Position numbers and translations under genes: made by a program. DNA of 64,000 nt from a bacterium (GTDB taxonomy: Bacteria; UBA8248), in contig CBDCRP010000003.1 of the NCBI GenBank assembly GCA_965221165.1, forward strand, positions 288,001 to 352,000. The letters run 5' to 3'. Below are positions 10,149 through 19,055 of this stretch, piece by piece; positions within the stretch are counted from its first letter, which is position 1; each line of letters begins with the position of its first letter. The notes beneath the pieces are model-generated. The model saw only the letters and a program-made list of their open reading frames with translations. It made no database searches and had not been told where the DNA came from.

Positions 10149-10958
10149 TCAGGAACTCTCGCCTTCTATGGCGGTTTCTCCCTCCCATGCCGTCCAGTTC
10201 GAGAGCGCGTCCACGGAATCGTCGATGAAACGCATGTAATCGCCCGTCATCCGCGCTCCCTCTTCGATGAGGCGACACGTCTTCTCCGTATTCTCCTCGC
10301 TGAAGGGCAGGCTGAGCTTCCTTAAAACGATTTTCGTTCGTCCACCCAGAAAAAGATTGTCGACATCGTGGAGGTCGCCATAAAACTTCCTGGGCGCGCC
10401 GCGCGCGCGCGCTACCTTCTCCGGCGCACAGCCATACAAAGCGCCGAGACCCTCGGCGTATTCTCGTTTTTGCGCGTCGCTCATGGCGTTCTGGGCGTCC
10501 CGGAGTTGCTCCCCCACCGTTCTGTCGTCGAGGTAAATGGCGTAATCCACCGCGATTTCGACCAGGACGTGCGCGAGGTAGTGGAGGCTCGCCTCATCTG
10601 TAGGAACACCCATTTCTTTCGTGAATTCGCGCATCAGGGGGATGAGCGTGGCCCCCTTGAGGTAGGTGTAGCCCCGCTTTTGAGAGGGAGACAATCCGTT
10701 CGCCGCCTTGGAGATGCTCCCGTAATGGCAGATGTTGTCGACCACGAGATGGCATTTCACCCACAAGAGTTTGGGGAATCGGCCCATCACCCCCGAAGGC
10801 GGAGCGAACCGGTGGGTTTGCCTCGGCTTGAACTCTCCCGAGAGGGGTAGTGAATCGGGCGCCACGTTGTAGACATAGGCGTCATCCCCGGGATGGGGCA
10901 TCTCGGGATGGCGCTCTATCAGCGCCCGCAGAACCAATGTGTGGCAGTTCGTGAGCAA
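10149..10958 (-). CDS. Zinc-dependent phospholipase C/P1-nuclease-fold protein
   Basis: N-terminal His, NVAPD, QTH, HLVVDNICH and AHVLVEIAVD give the metal-ligand spacing typical of Zn_dep_PLPC-like proteins. TTG start follows GGGAGG. Confidence 0.55.
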   Translation of the reverse strand: MLTNCHTLVLRALIERHPEMPHPGDDAYVYNVAPDSLPLSGEFKPRQTHRFAPPSGVMGRFPKLLWVKCHLVVDNICHYGSISKAANGLSPSQKRGYTYLKGATLIPLMREFTKEMGVPTDEASLHYLAHVLVEIAVDYAIYLDDRTVGEQLRDAQNAMSDAQKREYAEGLGALYGCAPEKVARARGAPRKFYGDLHDVDNLFLGGRTKIVLRKLSLPFSEENTEKTCRLIEEGARMTGDYMRFIDDSVDALSNWTAWEGETAIEGESS

Positions 10959-10971
10959 AAACCTCGCCTCC

Positions 10972-11802
10972 CTAAAGAGTCCCCGCCAGTGAATAGCGCC
11001 CATCGGCGCACTCGACTTCTCCGGATTCCACGAACTTCTCCAGATGCAAAGCTATCATGCGGGCGCCCAGGATTCTCTGGCGCTCGGGCAATTCCCGGTA
11101 TATCAGCTCCGCTATCTTGGCGGGCGTATCGTGGCCTGCGCCCAGCGCTTCGAGATACTGCGCATCGCGCATCTTGCGGTGTTCTATAAGTTCGTCGATC
11201 CTGCCGATCGGATCCTCGATCACCGGGCCGTGGCCCGGATAGATGAGGCGAGGCGCGAGTTCCCTCACCTTTTCCAGCGATTCGAGGTAATCGCCCAGAT
11301 TCCCCTTCGGCGCGACCACCGCCGTCGTCGAGGGGAGAAGAATGTTGTCGCCCCCCAGAAGAATCTTCTCCGCCTCCCACCAGAAGGAGAGGTGGCCCGG
11401 AGAATGGCCCGGCGTCAGAATGGCCTCGAAGCGCATTCCCGCCAATTCGATATTTTCCCCTTCCCTGAGCGGAGAAACCGCCAGACCCGGCTGCTCCTCC
11501 TCCAGAAGCTTCATCTCCAGAGGGTGGGCGTAGGCCCTGACGCCGAATCGCTCGCAGGCCGCCTTCGCGCCGCCTGAATGGTCGAAGTGGTGGTGGGTGA
11601 GGACGAGTTTCTCCAACGCGCCCCCGGCGCGCTCCTCCACCCAGGAGAGCATATCGGGAATGCACTCGCGGTAGCCTGCGTCGAAAAGAATACAAGGACC
11701 CTCCCCGATGAGGATCACCATGACGTGGGTCATGAACGAACCCGGGGGGGCTACCAGCCGGTGGGTCTGGATGAGGGGTGAGCCAATCAGTTTGTCGTTC
11801 AA
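10972..11802 (-). CDS. MBL-fold metallo-hydrolase (LACTB2-like)
   Basis: THHHFDHSGG, TPGHSPGH, GGDNIL and YPGHGP motifs; C-terminal winged-helix-like region. Confidence 0.9.
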   Translation of the reverse strand: MNDKLIGSPLIQTHRLVAPPGSFMTHVMVILIGEGPCILFDAGYRECIPDMLSWVEERAGGALEKLVLTHHHFDHSGGAKAACERFGVRAYAHPLEMKLLEEEQPGLAVSPLREGENIELAGMRFEAILTPGHSPGHLSFWWEAEKILLGGDNILLPSTTAVVAPKGNLGDYLESLEKVRELAPRLIYPGHGPVIEDPIGRIDELIEHRKMRDAQYLEALGAGHDTPAKIAELIYRELPERQRILGARMIALHLEKFVESGEVECADGRYSLAGTL

Positions 11803-11985
11803 GAAAAATCCTCGCTTGGAATTTCACCCGGTGGGAAAAAACCCTGCCGCGCCGCCGGCTCGATGAAGCGCCGGAATTCGCCTTCTCCCGCTGATTTCAA
11901 GAAATACGTTTCCCTTGGAGCATCTCTCTCGCGAGTGCGCAACAAATTCATCGGCTCGGAATTTCACCCGCCGGAAAAAGTAGCA

Positions 11986-12013
11986 TTGACAGATACGAAA
12001 AATCTGTTATTTT
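11986..12013 (+). promoter_or_regulatory. Putative promoter of the ABC operon overlapped by an inverted repeat
   Basis: TTGACA at 11986, 16 nt spacer ending TGT, then TATTTT. ACAGAT-N7-ATCTGT inverted repeat overlaps the spacer. Confidence 0.45.
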
Positions 12014-12166
12014 CACTACTACAATACTCCGTTCAGTGCAAAGAAAACAAGTAATAAGGACGTCGTTTTCTTGCGCGGTGAGGGTATGTTTTGAAAAGCG
12101 GAATAGTCTGATCCTTATAACCTGGGGCTTGACCCCCACTCTATTTCAGCTATGAGGAGATTCTCG

Positions 12167-13279
12167 ATGAAACACTTCATCCGCTACTTCGGCGCCATCG
12201 CCGCCATCGCGGCGCTGGCCGTCTTCGCCTCGGGCGCGCTCGTATCCGAAGCGATGATGAAAAACCAGAAAGAGCTCGTACGCGCGGCGAAAAAAGAGGG
12301 CGCCGTCACGCTCCTCAACCCTCTGTTCGGCGACCGGACGGCCAAGCGCCTGGGCCCGGCGTTCGCCAAGCACTATGGCCTCGGCAGCGGCTTCAAGTTC
12401 CGTAACCTGCGCAAAGGCACCGGCGCCACCGTCTCCCAGGTGCGCCAGGAGATGCGGGCCAACAAGTTCACCGTCGACGTCCACGTGGTGAGCGCGCCCG
12501 GCTTCTTCGCTGCGGCTCAAAAGCGCGGCGCGTACCACAAGCTCGACAGCGCCGAGTGGAACAAACATTTCGCGGGGGTGATCAAAAAGGCCGGCCAGTA
12601 CGCGAACTACCCCTACGTGGTCACGCCGCTGGCCTACACATTCCAGCCGGTGTGGAACATCTCCTGCCCGGGCATGAAGGACATCAACGTCACGTCCTAT
12701 GCGGACACCATCGCGAAGAACGTGATGGGCAAGACCATCGCCGGCGACATCACCAAGAGCTTCACCTACACCAACACCGTCATCTCGCTCATCGAGAGCG
12801 GCATGGACATGAACAAGTACTGGGACGCCCTGAAGGCCACGAAGCCCGTCGTCATGTTCCGCACGGAGCCGAAGATACAAACGATCATCAACTGCGAGCG
12901 CGGCCTCGACCCCTGGAACCTCTCCGGCCGCGTATGGCAGAACGTCCTGAAGAAGCCCGACCTCTCGAAAATCCTCAAGATCGGCTACTACAAAGAAGGC
13001 CAGGTCATGCTGGGCAACCAGGCGGCTGTTTTGAACGGCGCGCCGAACCCCAGCGCCGGCAAACTGCTGGTTGAATTCCTGCTCACCAAAGAGGGCACCG
13101 ACGTATACGTGGAAGGCGAGGCCGTCTACAGCTTCCGCGGTGGCTATTCGGCACCTAAGGCCGTGCAGCCCTATCTTCTCGACCTCAGCAAGCATAAGCT
13201 GCTGGGTCTCAAGGACTGGGTGGCAGCGCAGAAGAAGTTCAAGGCGACGCGCGCCGAGTTCATCAATCGCTTCAAGTAG
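12167..13279 (+). CDS. ABC transporter substrate-binding protein (AfuA/FbpA/thiamine-polyamine class)
   Basis: Signal peptide, LVRAAKKEGAVT and APNPSAGKLLVEFLLTKEG motifs. Lies upstream of a permease and two ATPases. Confidence 0.88.
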   Translation: MKHFIRYFGAIAAIAALAVFASGALVSEAMMKNQKELVRAAKKEGAVTLLNPLFGDRTAKRLGPAFAKHYGLGSGFKFRNLRKGTGATVSQVRQEMRANKFTVDVHVVSAPGFFAAAQKRGAYHKLDSAEWNKHFAGVIKKAGQYANYPYVVTPLAYTFQPVWNISCPGMKDINVTSYADTIAKNVMGKTIAGDITKSFTYTNTVISLIESGMDMNKYWDALKATKPVVMFRTEPKIQTIINCERGLDPWNLSGRVWQNVLKKPDLSKILKIGYYKEGQVMLGNQAAVLNGAPNPSAGKLLVEFLLTKEGTDVYVEGEAVYSFRGGYSAPKAVQPYLLDLSKHKLLGLKDWVAAQKKFKATRAEFINRFK

Positions 13280-13300
13280 GACGATTATCGGTTGTTGACC

Positions 13301-13341
13301 GGAACGGGTGGGAGCCTCTCGATAGGGGCTCCCACCCTTCC
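13301..13341 (+). terminator. Stem-loop after the substrate-binding gene (terminator or mRNA stabiliser)
   Basis: GGGTGGGAGCC...GGCTCCCACCC stem flanked by GGAA/TTCC and followed by GATTTT. Confidence 0.65.
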
Positions 13342-13367
13342 GATTTTAGTTATGGAGCGAAAAAAAA

Positions 13368-13462
13368 TCGCGGCGCGCCATGCCGCGAAGGTTCAGCCGA
13401 GGGCGCCCGGGAATTCGTCGGGAGCAAGGTAGGCGGAGCCTTCGCGATGTAGTGCGCCGCGA
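13368..13462. repeat. Long imperfect inverted repeat with 31-nt arms
   Basis: TCGCGGCGCGCCATGCCGCGAAGGTTCAGCC pairs with GGCGGAGCCTTCGCGATGTAGTGCGCCGCGA. Confidence 0.65.
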
Positions 13463-13573
13463 GGATATTTCATAAACTTAAGTTCCCTCTCGCAAATCAC
13501 CGGGTTGGTTCGTGAGAGAGAGCGTTTGAAAACGGCGTTTGACTCGCCGGAAAGATTTCATCCAAAAAGGCTT

Positions 13574-15322
13574 ATGACCACAGACACCGCTAAACCTCAA
13601 CTGGAAGTCGCTCCCCCGAGCGGCTGGCGCACATGGTTCACGCAGGAGAACCTCATTACGACCATCGTCGGCATCATCGTGGCGGTGGCGGTCTTCCTGC
13701 CGCTGTTCGCGCTCGTCATCAACAGCTTTCTGGTGCTCGACGACTTGGGGTTCGACACCGAATGGGGACTCCAGAACTACAGGGATGTATTCCAGGGCCG
13801 CGTCATCAGAAAAGCCCTCGTCAATACCGCCATCATCAGTACGGGCTGCACCATCCTGGCCACCTTACTGGGCGTATCGCTCGCGTGGATCAACGCGAGA
13901 ACCAACTGCCCGGCCAGAGAGCAACTCGAGCCTTTCAACCTCATCCCCTTCTTCCTGAGTCCTTTCGTCGGCGCCATCGCCTGGCACAACCTGGCCTCTC
14001 CCAAAATCGGCCTCATCAATAACACGGCGAAATCCGTTTTTGGCATTTCTTTCCCTCTTTTCAACGTAAACAACCTGTGGGGCGTCATCTGGGTGACGGG
14101 GATTTTCTTCGCCCCTCTCGTCTACCTGTTCGTGGTGGGTTCCCTCCGGCGCATGGACCCATCGCTCGAGGACAGCGCCCGAACCACGGGAGCGGGCCTC
14201 ATCCGAACCACCATGACCATCACGCTGCCCCTGGTGACGCCTGCGATCCTCTCGGGCGCCATCATCGTTTTCGTGACGACGGCCGGGGAGTTCGGCGTCC
14301 CCTTCAAGCTCTCCGCCCCCTTCGGCTGGGAGACGCTGACCACGCAGATTTTCACCAAAGCGGTGGGTGATGACGCGAACCACTACTTAGGCGCCGCCAT
14401 GAGCATGGTGGTGGGCGTGGTGACGGCGTTCTTCATCTGGATTCAGCACAGAATCATCGCGCCCCGCTCTTATACGACGGTGACCGGCAAGGGCTTCCGG
14501 CCGAATCTCATCGACCTGGGCAAGTGGAAGTGGGTCGCCTTCGGCTACAACGTATTCTACGTGTGCGTCGCCGTGATTCTTCCCATCATCTGCCTTTTCT
14601 TCGTGAGCCTTCACAAGATCTGGTCGGGGAGAATCATCTGGTCGGAACTCACCTTTTGGAATTACCAGAAGGTGCTTTTCTTCTGGTCGCCCGAGAGCAT
14701 CGACGCGGCCACCAACGGCATCATCAACAGCTTCATCCTCGCGTTCGGCGGCGCTTCGATCGCCATGGTGGTGGCCATCGTCGTGAGCTACATGATCCAC
14801 CGCACCAAGGGATTCGGTGCGAGAATGCTCGATTTCCTGAGCGTCATTCCCATCGGGTTCCCCGGCATCGTGCTGGCGATGGGCGTTCTCGTCACCTACA
14901 TCAGAACACCCATCTACGCCACGCTCTGGATACTGCTGCTCGGCTACATCACGCGCTTCTTCCCATACGGGCAGAGGAACATCTCCTCCATCATGATGGC
15001 CGTATCGGAAGAACTCGACCAGAGTTCGCGCATGGCGGGGGCTTCGTGGCTCACCACGCTCAGGAGAATCACCATCCCGCTTCTCAAGCCGGGCATCTTC
15101 GCCGGGTGGATTCTCCTGTTCGTCATATTCTTGAGAGAACTCTCTATTTCCATCATATTGTATTCCGCCGGCACGGAGACGCTCTCCGTCGGCGTGTATT
15201 ATCTCTCGAACTTTGAAAACGAACCCATGACGGCGGCCCTTTCCATCGCGCAGACGGTTGCGCTTTTGATTTGCGTCGTCATTTTCAGAAAGGTAGCCGG
15301 CAAAGAGGCGCTTACCGCATAA
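13574..15322 (+). CDS. ABC transporter permease with two fused domains (FbpB type)
   Basis: Multiple TM helices and two EAA-like loops (LEDSARTTGA, LDQSSRMAGA). Confidence 0.93.
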   Translation: MTTDTAKPQLEVAPPSGWRTWFTQENLITTIVGIIVAVAVFLPLFALVINSFLVLDDLGFDTEWGLQNYRDVFQGRVIRKALVNTAIISTGCTILATLLGVSLAWINARTNCPAREQLEPFNLIPFFLSPFVGAIAWHNLASPKIGLINNTAKSVFGISFPLFNVNNLWGVIWVTGIFFAPLVYLFVVGSLRRMDPSLEDSARTTGAGLIRTTMTITLPLVTPAILSGAIIVFVTTAGEFGVPFKLSAPFGWETLTTQIFTKAVGDDANHYLGAAMSMVVGVVTAFFIWIQHRIIAPRSYTTVTGKGFRPNLIDLGKWKWVAFGYNVFYVCVAVILPIICLFFVSLHKIWSGRIIWSELTFWNYQKVLFFWSPESIDAATNGIINSFILAFGGASIAMVVAIVVSYMIHRTKGFGARMLDFLSVIPIGFPGIVLAMGVLVTYIRTPIYATLWILLLGYITRFFPYGQRNISSIMMAVSEELDQSSRMAGASWLTTLRRITIPLLKPGIFAGWILLFVIFLRELSISIILYSAGTETLSVGVYYLSNFENEPMTAALSIAQTVALLICVVIFRKVAGKEALTA

Positions 15323-15326
15323 GACG

Positions 15327-16427
15327 ATGGCCGAAAACAACTATCTCCAAGTCGACAACCTCATCAAATACTTCGGCGACGACCGCGCCGTGGACGGAAT
15401 TTCCTTCGGCATCCCGGAGGGAAAGTTTCTCACCCTGCTCGGCCCCTCGGGCTGCGGAAAGACCACCACCCTCATGTGCATCGCCGGCCTCCACAAGCCG
15501 GATGCGGGCGAGATTCGCATCGGCTCGGAACCTGTCACCTCGATGGAGAAGCGCGTCAACATCGCTCCCGAGAAGCGCAACATCGGCATGGTGTTCCAGA
15601 GCTACGCCATCTGGCCGCACATGGACGTGACGCAGAACGTGGCCTATCCGCTCGAGATACGCAACATGGCGCAGTCGGAAATCGACGACCGCGTCGCCGA
15701 GGCGCTGAAAATAGTCGGTCTCTCCGATATGGCGGACAAAAATGCCACCCAGCTCTCGGGCGGCCAGCAGCAAAGGGCGGCCCTCGCGCGCGCCATGGTC
15801 TTTCGCCCGCGCCTTTTGCTCTTCGATGAGCCGCTCAGCAATCTGGACCTGAAACTCAGGGAGCAGATGCGCGTCGAACTCAAGCGGATTCAGCAAGTAA
15901 TCGGCATCACCTCGATCTACGTGACGCACGACCAGGCGGAAGCCCTCGTGATGAGCGACCAGATCATCGTGATGAGCAAGGGGAATATCGAACAAACGGG
16001 CGGACCCCACTCCATCTACGCGCGGCCCGTCAACAAGTTCGTGAGCGATTTCATCGGCGTGGCGAACCTGACCGAGGGACGAATCGTCGGAAACGGCGGC
16101 GAGGGAGCGGGAACCATCGAGATATCCCAGGGCGGCGAGAACGTACAACTGCCCTGCCTGCTCGCCGATGATGACCTCTCGGAGGGCGACCCCGCCTATC
16201 TCTCCGTTCGGCCCGAGAACGTGGATGCCTCGCGCGAGCCGATGGATGGCCCCAGAATCGAGGGCGAGGTGATTCAATCCGTCTTTTTGGGGAACTGTCT
16301 CGATTGCCGGGTGAAATGGGGAGAATTCGAATGGAAGGTGCTGGCGCATTCGCGAGAACGCCTGCGCGTGGGCGAGAAGGTGTATGTACGCCTCGACCCC
16401 GATCATACGTTGGCCGTTAAGCCCTAG
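15327..16427 (+). CDS. ABC transporter ATP-binding protein (PotA/FbpC family)
   Basis: GPSGCGKTT, LSGGQQQR, LLFDEPLSNLD and YVTHDQ motifs; TOBE-like C-terminus. Confidence 0.95.
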   Translation: MAENNYLQVDNLIKYFGDDRAVDGISFGIPEGKFLTLLGPSGCGKTTTLMCIAGLHKPDAGEIRIGSEPVTSMEKRVNIAPEKRNIGMVFQSYAIWPHMDVTQNVAYPLEIRNMAQSEIDDRVAEALKIVGLSDMADKNATQLSGGQQQRAALARAMVFRPRLLLFDEPLSNLDLKLREQMRVELKRIQQVIGITSIYVTHDQAEALVMSDQIIVMSKGNIEQTGGPHSIYARPVNKFVSDFIGVANLTEGRIVGNGGEGAGTIEISQGGENVQLPCLLADDDLSEGDPAYLSVRPENVDASREPMDGPRIEGEVIQSVFLGNCLDCRVKWGEFEWKVLAHSRERLRVGEKVYVRLDPDHTLAVKP

Positions 16428-16439
16428 AGGATAGCCGAA

Positions 16440-17537
16440 GTGTCATTCGTCGAAATAACGAAGCTGGTGAAATCATTTGGACCCGAAGTGGCCGTGGCGG
16501 GCATTGATTTATCCGTCGAGCAAGGCGAGTTCGTCACCCTGCTGGGGCCTTCGGGCTGCGGAAAAACCACGACTCTCAGGTGCATCGCCGGCCTCGAGCA
16601 TCCCGACAGCGGCGATATTCAAATCGAGGGAGACTACGTCACCTCCGCTACAAACGACGTTTTCCTGACGCCGGAAGAAAGAAACTTAGGAATGGTGTTC
16701 CAGAGCTACGCCGTCTGGCCGCACATGACGGTCTTTGACAACGTGGCCTACGGCCTGAGGATCAGGCGCGAAACCAGGGCCGCCATCAAGGAGAAAACAA
16801 CGAAAGCGCTCGAACTCGTGGGTCTGGGCCATCTCGCCGAGCGCTACGCCACCAAACTCTCCGGCGGACAGCGCCAGCGCGTCGCCCTCGCCCGCGCCAT
16901 CGTCTACAACCCCAAGGTGGTGCTGTTCGATGAACCCCTGAGCAACCTCGACGCCAAACTCCGTGAGCAGATGCGAATCGAACTCACGCGCTTGCAGCAC
17001 GACGTGGGCATCACCTCGATTTACGTCACGCATGATCAGACCGAGGCGCTCGTCATGAGCGACAGGGTCGTGGTGATGGACAAAGGGGTGATCCAGCAAA
17101 TCGGCGATCCCGAAACCATCTACGCCGAACCCACGAATGCGTTCGTGGCCAATTTCATCGGCGTGGCCAACCTCCTGGAGGGCAAGCTGCTTGGCCACGA
17201 CGGAAACCTGACGGATATGGAAGTTCCCCTTGGTGGCGGAATCGCCCCCGTCCGCCTCCAGGCCACCGGCGCGGAAAGCGCGTCCGTTGGGGGAAAAATC
17301 ATCCTGAGCATCCGCCCCGAGGACATCCTGCTTCACCTCGAAAAGCCGGCCGACGCGATGAACCTCATGGAAGGCGAGGTGATCGACACCGTATATCTGG
17401 GCAACTTCCTCGACTGCCAGGTCCAGGTCGGGCCATACGAAGTCGGCGTGCAAATCGACCACTTCGAACAACTCGAACCCGGCCAGAAGGTGTATCTCTC
17501 CTTCACTCCCGACCACGGTCTTTGTCTCACTGAATAA
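16440..17537 (+). CDS. ABC transporter ATP-binding protein (PotA/FbpC family), second paralog
   Basis: GPSGCGKTT, LSGGQRQR, LFDEPLSNLD and YVTHDQ motifs. Confidence 0.95.
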   Translation: MSFVEITKLVKSFGPEVAVAGIDLSVEQGEFVTLLGPSGCGKTTTLRCIAGLEHPDSGDIQIEGDYVTSATNDVFLTPEERNLGMVFQSYAVWPHMTVFDNVAYGLRIRRETRAAIKEKTTKALELVGLGHLAERYATKLSGGQRQRVALARAIVYNPKVVLFDEPLSNLDAKLREQMRIELTRLQHDVGITSIYVTHDQTEALVMSDRVVVMDKGVIQQIGDPETIYAEPTNAFVANFIGVANLLEGKLLGHDGNLTDMEVPLGGGIAPVRLQATGAESASVGGKIILSIRPEDILLHLEKPADAMNLMEGEVIDTVYLGNFLDCQVQVGPYEVGVQIDHFEQLEPGQKVYLSFTPDHGLCLTE

Positions 17538-17540
17538 GCC

Positions 17541-18587
17541 ATGTCCCCCCGCGCTCAAAATAACCCCAGACTTCTCGCGGGGGGAGACATCGCCATCAAC
17601 CGCGCGGAGGCGAAAGGCGCTTTCGGCCGTCTGATTCCCCTCTTCCGGGAAGCGGACGTCTCCTTCGCCAATCTGGAACTGCCCCTGTCCCGCGGCGGAA
17701 AGCCTGCGCCTGAGAAAATTCTACTGCGCGGCGCGCCGGATATGGCCCACGCCCTCACCGAAGCGGGCTTCGACGTCATGGCCTTTGCGAATAACCATGT
17801 GCTCGATTATGGAGAAGAGGCTTTTGCGGAAACCATGTCGCTCATGGATTCCCTCGAGATTGCGCTCGTGGGCGGCGGCATGAACCTTCAGCAAGCGAGA
17901 AGACCTGTTCTCATCGAGCGCGGAGGCCTTAAAATCGGCTTTCTGGCGTATTGCTCCATCATCCCGAGAGGGTTCGAGGCATCGGCGGCCGAGCCGGGCG
18001 TGAACCCTATACGCGCACACACGGCCTATCGCCCCTGGCGCGACCTTTCCGAATACCCGGGCACCGCGCCTAGAATCGACACCTGGGCGGAACCCGCCCA
18101 TCTCGCGCGCATGAAGCGCGACGTCAGAAATTTGAGGAAAAAAGCGGACCTTGTGGTGGTGAATCACCACTGGGGCACGAGCATGACGCACGAGGTGATG
18201 GATTTTGAACGCGAAATCGCCCACGCCACCATCGACGCGGGCGCGGATCTCGTTTTAGGCGGTCACCCGCACGTTCTCCAGGGGATCGAGTTCCACAAGG
18301 GCGCGCCCATCGTCTACAGCATGGGGAATCTGATATTCGATTTTGAGATTCCCTTCTTCACCGAAGAAACGCACGAGACCTTCCTGTTCGGCTGCACCCT
18401 GACCAAAACGGGGGTGAAAGAGCCCTACCTGATGCCCGTGACGGCGGGCGTATTCTCCAGACCCAGGCGCCATTCCCCCAAGCGGGGAGAGGGCCGCAGA
18501 ATCTTAAGCGTCATGAATGCGCTCAACGAACCCTTCGGAATAAAACTGGAAGTGCAAGACGAGCGGGTTTTGATATCGGCCCCGTGA
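17541..18587 (+). CDS. CapA/PGA_cap family metallophosphoesterase
   Basis: GGDI, FANLE, ANNHVLDYG, HHWG, GGHPHVLQGIE and YSMGNL motifs. Confidence 0.9.
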   Translation: MSPRAQNNPRLLAGGDIAINRAEAKGAFGRLIPLFREADVSFANLELPLSRGGKPAPEKILLRGAPDMAHALTEAGFDVMAFANNHVLDYGEEAFAETMSLMDSLEIALVGGGMNLQQARRPVLIERGGLKIGFLAYCSIIPRGFEASAAEPGVNPIRAHTAYRPWRDLSEYPGTAPRIDTWAEPAHLARMKRDVRNLRKKADLVVVNHHWGTSMTHEVMDFEREIAHATIDAGADLVLGGHPHVLQGIEFHKGAPIVYSMGNLIFDFEIPFFTEETHETFLFGCTLTKTGVKEPYLMPVTAGVFSRPRRHSPKRGEGRRILSVMNALNEPFGIKLEVQDERVLISAP

Positions 18588-18651
18588 GAGGCCACTTCCT
18601 CTCGGACATCAATCGCCCTCACCGGGCGGAGCTTTCTCTTTCAGGATTTTC

Positions 18652-19017
18652 CTAACTCAACACCCCGTCGGCATCCCGAACCGGCCCCTTGATGATGATG
18701 GCCCGCATCTTCTCACCGACCGCCGCCGTCTTGTGCTCCATCCCTGCGGGGATGAAGGCCACCGCACCGGGGTATAAGTCTATTTTTTCGCCGTGCGTCT
18801 CCGTGTAGCCCCGCCCGCTCAGCACCCAGATGACCTCCTCCTGTCCGGGGTGCGCGTGGGGCTCATGCGGGGTAGCGGGATCGTATTCGGTGAGTCCCAC
18901 GCGCACGTGCTCTGAGCCGTTTGAGGTCGGGCTCACCAGAATTTTCGTCTGTCCCCACGCCACGGCCTTAAAAGCCGCCTGCTCGACGTCCACTACTGAT
19001 TTTTCCGACATCTCCAT
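18652..19017 (-). CDS. Cupin domain protein
   Basis: HEPHAHPGQEEVIWVLSG...FIPAGMEH cupin motifs. Confidence 0.9.
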   Translation of the reverse strand: MEMSEKSVVDVEQAAFKAVAWGQTKILVSPTSNGSEHVRVGLTEYDPATPHEPHAHPGQEEVIWVLSGRGYTETHGEKIDLYPGAVAFIPAGMEHKTAAVGEKMRAIIIKGPVRDADGVLS

Positions 19018-19055
19018 CTCCTATATTCTACTTTAACTATCTACCATAAACATTT

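Noticed and set aside
17541-18587. Poly-gamma-glutamate capsule locus
   Set aside because: No capB/capC genes, no membrane anchor on the protein, and the context is an importer operon.
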